From assembly GCA_965223245.1 (NCBI GenBank), contig CBDCVY010000013.1:3646883-3710882 (forward strand): 64,000 nucleotides of DNA. Reading direction: 5' to 3'. Numbering within the stretch: the first letter of the stretch is position 1; each line of letters begins with the position of its first letter. The position numbers were made by a program, and so were the translations under genes. Source of the DNA: Nitrospinaceae bacterium. Its GTDB lineage: Bacteria; Nitrospinota; Nitrospinia; Nitrospinales; Nitrospinaceae. Positions 57,105-64,000 of the stretch are shown piece after piece. A model generated the notes under the pieces. The model saw nothing but the letters and a program-made list of their open reading frames with translations, did no database searches and was not told the DNA's origin.

Positions 57105-57983
57105 ATGAATTTTCAGGATGTAATTTTAAAATTAAACGAATATTGGGGATCACGAGATTGCGTGATTCAACAACCGTATGATATAGAAGTTGGAGCGGGA
57201 ACTTTTAATCCAGCCACATTTTTTCGGGTGCTCGGACCTGAACCTTTTAGAGCGGCTTATGTGGAACCTTCACGGCGCCCGACGGATGGTCGATACGGTG
57301 AAAATCCTAACCGCCTGCAACATTATTATCAGTATCAAGTAATTCTTAAACCTTCCCCAGAAGATGTTCAGGATCAGTATTTAGAAAGCTTGAAAGTTTT
57401 AGGAATCGATCCGTTAAAGCACGATATCCGATTTGTAGAAGATGATTGGGAATCACCTACGCTGGGTGCCTGGGGGTTAGGTTGGGAAGTCTGGCTCGAT
57501 GGAATGGAAATCACTCAGTTTACCTATTTCCAACAAGTGGGAAGTATTGATTTGGATCCTATCTCGGTTGAGTTGACGTACGGGCTGGAACGAATCACAA
57601 TGTATTTGCAAAACGTTGATAATGTTTATGATTTAAAATGGAATGAAAGTGTTAAGTATGGTGATGTGCATTTAGAAACAGAAAAACAATTTTCCCGTTA
57701 CAATTTCGAAGAGTCTGATAAAGAACGATTGTTTCAATGGTTTAATATGTACGAAGCCGAGGCAATAAATTTAATGGAAAGAAACTTAGTGTTGCCTGCC
57801 TATGACTATACTCTTAAATGTTCCCATGCGTTTAATCTTTTAGATGCACGAGGAGCGATTAGTGTTACCGAAAGAACGGGTTTCATTGGACGTGTTCGTA
57901 AATTAGCCAGACTCTGCGCCGAAGGTTATGTCCAGCAACGTGAAGAATTGGGCCACCCTCTCCTGACAACCTCCGAAAAATAA
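57105..57983 (+). CDS. glyQ: Glycine--tRNA ligase alpha subunit
   Basis: [26 protein letters not shown]...GAGTFNP, highly conserved GlyQ sequence. Confidence 0.95.
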   Translation: MNFQDVILKLNEYWGSRDCVIQQPYDIEVGAGTFNPATFFRVLGPEPFRAAYVEPSRRPTDGRYGENPNRLQHYYQYQVILKPSPEDVQDQYLESLKVLGIDPLKHDIRFVEDDWESPTLGAWGLGWEVWLDGMEITQFTYFQQVGSIDLDPISVELTYGLERITMYLQNVDNVYDLKWNESVKYGDVHLETEKQFSRYNFEESDKERLFQWFNMYEAEAINLMERNLVLPAYDYTLKCSHAFNLLDARGAISVTERTGFIGRVRKLARLCAEGYVQQREELGHPLLTTSEK

Positions 57984-57985
57984 AA

Positions 57986-59050
57986 TTAATTATTTTCTTT
58001 TTCGGAAATTCCCGCAGTTTTGAAAGTTGCCATTTCGTTATATATTTTCACACTGGCCTCAATTAACTGCATGCCTAATACTGCTCCGGTCCCCTCACCT
58101 AATCGCATACCTAAATCAAAAAGTGGAGGCACGTCTAATAGCTTAAAAAAAACTTGATGTCCTAGCTCTTTAGATTGATGAGAGACAAAAATAGAATCTT
58201 TCACTTTAGGTTGCATTTTTAAAGCTAATACGGCAGCGGCTCCTGAAATCAAACCATCCACAACGATGGGAATTCTATAGGACGCAGCCCCAAGGATCAA
58301 TCCCGCCAACCCCCCAATTTCGAAACCACCAACTTTTGCAAGCACATCTATGGGATCTTTAGGTTTGGGTTTGTTATTTTCAATAGCACGTTCAATTACG
58401 GCAATTTTTTTTAGCCATTGTTCATCCGAAATACCCGTCCCCTTTCCAGTGGTAAACTTCGGTTTTTTTTCTCCATAAACCGAAAGTATGGCTGAACTGG
58501 GAGTTGTATTACCAATACCCATTTCGCCAGTACAAATAATATCGAATTCATTTTTTGCACAGTTTTCTGCTATTTCTATTCCTATTTGAACTGCCTCTTC
58601 TGCCTGATTTCGAGACATGCTGGGACCCTGGCTCATATTCTTTGTTCCGGGAGCAATTTTTTTGTGGATTAAGTTTGGGAGAGAGTCAAAGTTATAATTT
58701 ACGCCAATGTCCACAAGAAAAATATCTGCTTGTGCAAAATTAGCAAGTACATTAATTGCAGCCCCTCCGTTTAAAAAGTTGAGGACCATTTGTTGTGTAA
58801 CAGATTGAGGATAAGCACTGACCCCTTCTTCTACAACACCATGATCGGCAGCAAAAATGACAACAGCTTTTTTATCAATTTTCGGATTAATATTTCCCCG
58901 AATACCAATATACTGTCGTGCTAACTCTTCTAAACGCCCCAAACTGCCTGGGGGCTTTGTCAGTGAATCGATATGTTTTTGTGCGGCAATAATTTTTTCT
59001 GAATCGATAGATTCAATATTATGGATAGTGTTTTCAATTATAGGAAGCAT
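57986..59050 (-). CDS. cobT: Nicotinate-nucleotide--dimethylbenzimidazole phosphoribosyltransferase
   Basis: CobT family motifs (KPPGSLGRLEE; GEMGIGNTT; LGEGTGA). Confidence 0.9.
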   Translation of the reverse strand: MLPIIENTIHNIESIDSEKIIAAQKHIDSLTKPPGSLGRLEELARQYIGIRGNINPKIDKKAVVIFAADHGVVEEGVSAYPQSVTQQMVLNFLNGGAAINVLANFAQADIFLVDIGVNYNFDSLPNLIHKKIAPGTKNMSQGPSMSRNQAEEAVQIGIEIAENCAKNEFDIICTGEMGIGNTTPSSAILSVYGEKKPKFTTGKGTGISDEQWLKKIAVIERAIENNKPKPKDPIDVLAKVGGFEIGGLAGLILGAASYRIPIVVDGLISGAAAVLALKMQPKVKDSIFVSHQSKELGHQVFFKLLDVPPLFDLGMRLGEGTGAVLGMQLIEASVKIYNEMATFKTAGISEKENN

Positions 59051-59106
59051 TGCTAAAGTTGTTTAGTAGTATCAGGATTTTCAATGAGAAAAAAATTATT
59101 TTATTT

Positions 59107-59661
59107 CTAAAACTCTATTCCTTTTTGTGCGGGTATCTTCTGGTCTTTAAAAGGATGTTTAACGCACCGCATTTCTGTCACCATATCTGCGATTTCAATT
59201 AAACTTTCAGGAGCGTTTCGACCTGTGCAAACGACATGGACTTTTTCCGGTTTGTTTTTAAGAGCATTTATAAATTCTCTTTCTGGTAAAAATTCATAAT
59301 GGAGCACATAATTTATTTCATCAAGAATGACTAATGAGTAATCTCCACTCATTATCTTTGATTGGACGATTTCCCAAGCTTTGCTTGCGGTTTTAATATC
59401 TTGTTCCCGGTTATTTGTGTCCCAGGTAAACCCATCTCCCATGGGTACAACCTCAATTAGAGAAGGAAATTTTTCAAGACTTTTTCTTTCACCGGATTTC
59501 CATTGGCCTTTCATAAACTGCATTATGAAAACTTTCATTTTGTTTCCAGCAGCTCGTATTGCCAAGCCAAAGGCGGCGGTGGATTTTCCTTTTCCATCAC
59601 CTGTATTGACAATTATTAGCCCCTTGCGTTTCCTTGGATCTGAAGTGGGTCGTTTTTTCAT
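59107..59661 (-). CDS. cobO: Cob(I)yrinic acid a,c-diamide / cob(I)alamin adenosyltransferase (CobO/BtuR)
   Basis: P-loop GDGKGKSTAAFG. The BtuR/CobO family motif FMKGQWKSGE. Confidence 0.85.
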   Translation of the reverse strand: MKKRPTSDPRKRKGLIIVNTGDGKGKSTAAFGLAIRAAGNKMKVFIMQFMKGQWKSGERKSLEKFPSLIEVVPMGDGFTWDTNNREQDIKTASKAWEIVQSKIMSGDYSLVILDEINYVLHYEFLPEREFINALKNKPEKVHVVCTGRNAPESLIEIADMVTEMRCVKHPFKDQKIPAQKGIEF

Positions 59662-59677
59662 GGGAGATGGTCACTCA

Positions 59678-60280
59678 TTATTTTAATGTTAAAATTCTTT
59701 TCTTAGGCTGTCGCATTGATGGTCCAAAGGATCCTGAAATGATTTGAACCAAGTTCGTAGCGAGTGCAAAAATTGAAACATACAAAAAGACTGCTCCTAA
59801 GTAATTTGGAAAGTTATGATGTGCCCTATAGAACTTTTCTATGAAAACAGACGAATCATAATAACCTGAAAATAAATAAAAACTACCTGTTGATATCCAA
59901 AAAGCTAAAGTTCCACACAAGAAAACCATTTCAATCAAAGCCAAAAGTTGGCGGGTAGATGAAATCCTCAAATTTCGAAATTGAGTTCCTCCCCACCAAA
60001 GAGATAAATAAGTTGGTACTAAATAGACGTACGCGGGAGTTACACACCAACTACTTACACCATTTTTTATTGATACGAAGTCAATGAGTCCCACTCCTGA
60101 AAATAAAACTATTGAATAAATATACTTTCGTAAATATACCCCTGCTAAGAAAAAGGCGGCAAGAGTAAAATCCGGAACCTCCCAGTGAGAGCGAAATAGT
60201 GAACTGCGGGTTCCAATCATTAAGGCAATACAAATTGCCAAGAAAATTACTGGGTGGTGCCAAATTTGTTTTCTTTGCAT
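59678..60280 (-). CDS. Small polytopic membrane protein in the B12 operon; candidate BtuM-like vitamin-B12 transporter component
   Basis: About 6 predicted TM helices in 200 aa. Sits between btuB and cobO in the same riboswitch-led transcription unit. Assignment to BtuM is by size and context only. Confidence 0.4.
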   Translation of the reverse strand: MQRKQIWHHPVIFLAICIALMIGTRSSLFRSHWEVPDFTLAAFFLAGVYLRKYIYSIVLFSGVGLIDFVSIKNGVSSWCVTPAYVYLVPTYLSLWWGGTQFRNLRISSTRQLLALIEMVFLCGTLAFWISTGSFYLFSGYYDSSVFIEKFYRAHHNFPNYLGAVFLYVSIFALATNLVQIISGSFGPSMRQPKKRILTLK

Positions 60281-60292
60281 TTGTATGCTCCA

Positions 60293-62134
60293 TTAGAAGT
60301 TAATAGTAAAACCGGCATATCCGGAAATTCCGGCTGTACCAAATCCTAAAATTTCCTGGTAATTCTCATCAAATAAGTTTTCTCCCCTTAAAGTGAGCTT
60401 TAAATTTTTGCAAATTTGATACTCCAACACTGAACGAACAACAATATATTTATCAGTTCTTCCTGAAAAATCTACTGTATCGCTTTTGTATGTAACTCCT
60501 ATTAAAGTTTTTAACTTTTTGCGCCAATTATGTTGAAAATTGATATGGAATTTATGTTCTGCTCTTCTCAATAACCTTTGTTTGGTAATATCATCTCTCG
60601 CAATATTCCAAGTATGATTTGCAGAAATTAGTATATTTTGAGGTAGCTTTATCTTTAAAGAGGTTTCCACTCCTCGAGATAAAGCTTTCCCAATGTTTGC
60701 TGCTGAAAATGTCGAAGGAGGAGTGAATAATGTTTGGATTAGATTAGTGTATTTAGAATAAAAGAATACAGAGCTAAGAACTACTCGATCTCCTAACAAA
60801 TTTTGGTCAAACCCAACTTCCCAGTTCTTGACTTCTTCCGGTTTAAGGTTGGGGTTTCCAAAATTCGGGAAAAACAACTCATTAATTGTTGGGGCACGAA
60901 ATCCGGTTGCATAAGCTGCTCGAATGCGTGTGCCAGTATTTTTTACACGATAAGCACCTTCAAATTTGTAAGTTAATTTGTCTTCAAAAGAATCGTTGTC
61001 ATCAAAACGAAACCCCGCAGTTAATATTAGTCCTTCATAAAGATCTAAAACCCCTTGCATATAGGTACTAAAGTTTCCCAGGTCTGCGTTCACCCCAATT
61101 CTTGAAAGGCTTCCCTTCCGATTTTGGTATTCACCACCAACAATCAAAGATAGAAATTCCCCAATAACAAAATTGTTTTGAATGTCCAAGGTGTAGTTTG
61201 TGCTGTAAATATTAGAATCTGCAAAAAGTTGGTCGCGAGATTTTAATCCAGTGTAAGAGTAATTTGGATTGATTTTTATGTCCCACCAAGGAAATATTAC
61301 AAAACTTATTGGCATTGAAAAGAATATTGATTCTTGCGTTGAAAATGGTGGACCGTCAACGGGGATAAAAACAATGTTATCAAATTCGTTGTGAACATCG
61401 ATAAATTGTCCAATTAATTCTACCCTCCCTTGTTCGCTAAAATTCATACCTGTTCTCACTGATAAGGAAGTATTTTGATACCCGTCGTTCTCTGTATTTC
61501 CAATACTAGCTTCCGCTGAGGAAAAACCTTGTGAATCAGTTCTTGAAATTGTTGCGGAATAATCGAACTTACCGATTTCTCCAGAACTACCTAAAACTTC
61601 TTTGAACGTTGCAAAACTTCCTCCTTCAAAAGAAAAATAATGAGAAGGTTGTCCTTTTCCCTTCTTTGTTACAATATTAATCACACCCCCCACAGCATCA
61701 GCCCCCCAAATGGTACTTTGTGGACCTCGCAATATTTCGACCTTTTCAATATTTTCCGGTTGTATATGGGCAAAATTAAATGAACCGGTTGTGTTGGAGT
61801 TGACTTGAACTCCATCGACGAGAACCAAAGTAGAGGAAGAACCGGCGCCTCGGGTAAAAACAGTTGTGTTGGAACCTAAAGGACCATTTTGAACTACATC
61901 TAAGCCCAATTCTTCGCGCAACATATCCTCTACATTGATATAGCTTTTTTCTTCAATTTGTTGTTGGGTTATGACTGTTACAGAAGTGGGAAGATTTTTT
62001 AATGCAAGAGGATTTCTTGCTGCGTCTACGTCAATCTGTTTTAATTTTTCGATTTTCTCAGTAGCTAATAATTGAAAAGGATAAATGAGTTGCAATAAAA
62101 AGAAAACGATAAAAGCAAACTTTAACAATTTCAT
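60293..62134 (-). CDS. btuB: TonB-dependent outer-membrane receptor, BtuB-like (cobalamin)
   Basis: Signal peptide from ATG 62134 (MKLLKFAFIVFFLLQ). Plug domain, C-terminal TonB-dependent barrel ending in F (TINF). Preceded by a cobalamin riboswitch. Confidence 0.8.
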   Translation of the reverse strand: MKLLKFAFIVFFLLQLIYPFQLLATEKIEKLKQIDVDAARNPLALKNLPTSVTVITQQQIEEKSYINVEDMLREELGLDVVQNGPLGSNTTVFTRGAGSSSTLVLVDGVQVNSNTTGSFNFAHIQPENIEKVEILRGPQSTIWGADAVGGVINIVTKKGKGQPSHYFSFEGGSFATFKEVLGSSGEIGKFDYSATISRTDSQGFSSAEASIGNTENDGYQNTSLSVRTGMNFSEQGRVELIGQFIDVHNEFDNIVFIPVDGPPFSTQESIFFSMPISFVIFPWWDIKINPNYSYTGLKSRDQLFADSNIYSTNYTLDIQNNFVIGEFLSLIVGGEYQNRKGSLSRIGVNADLGNFSTYMQGVLDLYEGLILTAGFRFDDNDSFEDKLTYKFEGAYRVKNTGTRIRAAYATGFRAPTINELFFPNFGNPNLKPEEVKNWEVGFDQNLLGDRVVLSSVFFYSKYTNLIQTLFTPPSTFSAANIGKALSRGVETSLKIKLPQNILISANHTWNIARDDITKQRLLRRAEHKFHINFQHNWRKKLKTLIGVTYKSDTVDFSGRTDKYIVVRSVLEYQICKNLKLTLRGENLFDENYQEILGFGTAGISGYAGFTINF

Positions 62135-62169
62135 GATCTTTCCTTTCTCTCGAAGGCAATAGATTTTTC

Positions 62170-62300
62170 TGACCAGGTATCCTGACTTAAGGGTATTGCA
62201 ACCGCGCCTTCCCATCGAACGACAGTGGCCTAGAGCGGTCCCTTCCCTATCACAGTTGCGGGACAGTATCGGATTCTCACCGAGCTTCCCTAACCAGAAA
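62170..62300 (-). promoter_or_regulatory. Cobalamin (AdoCbl) riboswitch in the btuB leader
   Basis: Minus-strand sequence CTGGTTAGGGAAGCTCGGTGAGAATCCGATACTGTCCCGCAACTGTGA...GCCACTG...GGGAAGGCGCGG...AGTCAGGATACCTGGTCAG matches the conserved Cbl riboswitch core (GGTGxxAATCC, CCCGCAACTGT, B12 box GCCACTG, AGxCAGGAxACCTG). Confidence 0.8.
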
Positions 62301-62350
62301 GGTTAAAAAAATAGAAACAAGTTAATTTTGTATTTTCAAAAGTTTTTAAA

Positions 62351-63610
62351 TTAAATCTCTACAACTTTATTCTTTGGGGATCCATTCCAATAGTTATAGC
62401 AAACAAGGTTTTTTAACTCTAAACGATCTGCCCAGCCTTTGGTTTCTAAGATAGGCTTGTCTTCAAACTTATCTGTATAACCCACACATAAATAAGCAAT
62501 AGGAATTACATCCTCAGGAAGTTTTAAATCTTTTTTGATTTGATCTAAATTTAATATGCTGACCCAACCCACGGCCAATCCTTCGGCTCTGGCAGATAAC
62601 CATAGATTTTGTACTGCACAACAAGTGCTATAAATATCTGTTTCAAAAATTGTGTTTCTTCCTAAAACATGAGGACCCAATCGAGACCGATCGCAGGTGA
62701 CACAAATATTGATTGGAGCTTCGAGAATTCCTTCCAACTTTAAACTATCATAAAGTTCTTGACGCTCTCCTTTGAAGCGCGTCCTTGCTTGAGAATTTGT
62801 TTTCTTGAAGTTTTCTGCAACTTTTTGTTTGATCTGGTTGTTATCAATAATGATGAAATTCCAGGGTTGCATAAACCCTACAGAACCTGCGTTATGTGCT
62901 GCATGTAAAACTTTCCCTAAAACTTTTGGAGGAATAGGTTTTGAATTAAAGCTGCGAATATCCCGCCGTTTAAAAATTGCTTGATAAAGACCTTGCTTAT
63001 GAACTTCAGAAAATTCATGGATGTTCGATTTATTTTTCTCACTTAAAAAAGAATCATTGGATTGACTGTCTCGATTCTTCCCACTATTTTTTATCACCGT
63101 TGGAATGCCAGAAACCATATTCACCACTTCATCAAAATGGGAAGCGAATTTTTGATTGACAATTCCGGCTATATCTCTAAACTTTCGCCCTAATTCGTTT
63201 TCTGGAACAATCCCTGCTCCAACCTCGTTTGTGATAAAAATAAGTTTCATCTTTGATTGTATGCAGTAATTTATTACTTCGTCGACTCTCTTAAATATTT
63301 TCTCAGAGGAAAGCGGTTTTAATAATAAATTTGAAATCCAAAGGGTAATGCAGTCTAAAACTATACTTTTGGTTTGTTTCTTTTCCTCTTCCTTTAAGAC
63401 CTTAATTAGGTTGATAGGTTCTTCCACCGTTATCCATTCAGGTCCTCGTTCCTTTTGGTGTTTTTTAATCCTCTTAGACATTTCATCATCGTGGGCTTCG
63501 GCCGTCGCAATAAATACTTTTCGAACAGATAATCTAGAAGCCAATTTTAGGGCGTATTGACTTTTACCGCTTCGGCAGCCACCGGTAATAAGTGTTTTCC
63601 TATTCTCCAT
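62351..63610 (-). CDS. cobU-bluB: Fusion protein: adenosylcobinamide kinase/adenosylcobinamide-phosphate guanylyltransferase (CobU/CobP) + nitroreductase-fold BluB-like 5,6-dimethylbenzimidazole synthase
   Basis: N-terminal P-loop LITGGCRSGKSQYA and CobU fold (about 175 aa). The C-terminal ~215 aa carry nitroreductase/BluB motifs (RRDIRSF; HNAGSVGFMQPWNFIII; GWVS). Confidence 0.75.
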   Translation of the reverse strand: MENRKTLITGGCRSGKSQYALKLASRLSVRKVFIATAEAHDDEMSKRIKKHQKERGPEWITVEEPINLIKVLKEEEKKQTKSIVLDCITLWISNLLLKPLSSEKIFKRVDEVINYCIQSKMKLIFITNEVGAGIVPENELGRKFRDIAGIVNQKFASHFDEVVNMVSGIPTVIKNSGKNRDSQSNDSFLSEKNKSNIHEFSEVHKQGLYQAIFKRRDIRSFNSKPIPPKVLGKVLHAAHNAGSVGFMQPWNFIIIDNNQIKQKVAENFKKTNSQARTRFKGERQELYDSLKLEGILEAPINICVTCDRSRLGPHVLGRNTIFETDIYSTCCAVQNLWLSARAEGLAVGWVSILNLDQIKKDLKLPEDVIPIAYLCVGYTDKFEDKPILETKGWADRLELKNLVCYNYWNGSPKNKVVEI

Positions 63611-63625
63611 AATTACTTAGTGGTC

Positions 63626-64000
63626 TTAACCCATAGTTGTAAAAGGGCATACCACTCCTCCATATATAAAGAAACAGATTTCAATAATTTCATTAAGTGC
63701 GCCAAAATTATCTCCTGTCATTCCTCCAATTTTCTGGTGGAAGAAGAACAAAATACAAAACGTGAGTAAAATAAATATTCCAATAGATAAAATTCCTATC
63801 CAAAAATTTAAAAATAAAATTGGTACAAAAGGGAAAATACAGCCGACCAAACTTTTATAAGATTTTCCATAATAGAGATCGTTTGCTAGACCGCCTGCAT
63901 TCTCCGGATAACTCATAAATGTAAGACCGAAAACTTGAGCCGAGCGTGCAATGGCTGGAGTTATTAACAACCATAGCCAACAAGTTGGAGTTGGAATATT
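63626..64000 (-). CDS. cobS: Adenosylcobinamide-GDP ribazoletransferase (cobalamin synthase) CobS, C-terminal part; gene runs off the window
   Basis: Hydrophobic membrane protein with CobS C-terminal motif GGMTGDNFGALNEIIEI (cf. GGxTGDxLGA). The N-terminus lies beyond position 64000. Confidence 0.7.
   Translation of the reverse strand, partial: NIPTPTCWLWLLITPAIARSAQVFGLTFMSYPENAGGLANDLYYGKSYKSLVGCIFPFVPILFLNFWIGILSIGIFILLTFCILFFFHQKIGGMTGDNFGALNEIIEICFFIYGGVVCPFTTMG

Noticed and set aside
1-64000. CRISPR arrays, tRNA/rRNA genes, IS elements, integrases, phage genes
   Set aside because: I saw no regularly spaced direct repeats with unique spacers, no tRNA-like cloverleaf signatures (T-loop GGTTCGAATCC-type motifs) in the intergenic regions, and no transposase or integrase-like ORFs. 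tRNA absence cannot be proven without a proper scan (tRNAscan-SE).

Overview
This 64-kb window is low-GC bacterial chromosome with no rRNA, tRNA, CRISPR, transposase or integrase that I could recognise. The layout looks proteobacterial: the run pheA-tyrA-cmk-rpsA-(sppA)-ihfB, a glnD, an ECF sigma/anti-sigma/DUF3106-like module, and several eukaryote-like or host-interaction-type proteins (RNI-type LRR proteins, an integrin-like FG-GAP propeller, a Lcl-like DUF1566 protein). That suggests a host-associated, possibly Legionellales-like, organism, but this is inference only.

The housekeeping content includes NrnA-like DHH phosphoesterase, a peptide-family ABC binding protein, LDH-type malate dehydrogenase, GlnD, chorismate mutase/prephenate dehydratase, prephenate dehydrogenase, cytidylate kinase, ribosomal protein S1, SppA, IHF-beta, chorismate synthase, a nitrilase-family hydrolase, IspF, a U32 peptidase, PanE, and GlyQ.

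The parts that look accessory or unusual are:
- A seven-gene minus-strand type-II-FAS-like cluster (KAS, ACP, two CrtI/amine-oxidase-like FAD enzymes, FabG, FabZ, FabI) at 33.5-40.1 kb. It looks like a dedicated pathway for an unusual unsaturated lipid or polyene, and it is my best candidate for an undescribed system.
- A pair of RNI-type LRR ORFs that a 1-nt change at a G5 tract would fuse into one protein.
- An orphan NuoE/NuoF/ferredoxin fusion protein.
- A 1133-aa secreted phosphatase carrying a near-perfect 561-bp tandem duplication and a Pro13 linker.
- A basic secreted protein made of 11-residue repeats placed next to an ECF sigma module.
- A cobalamin salvage and nucleotide-loop operon (cobS, cobU-bluB fusion, B12 riboswitch, btuB, BtuM-like membrane protein, cobO, cobT).
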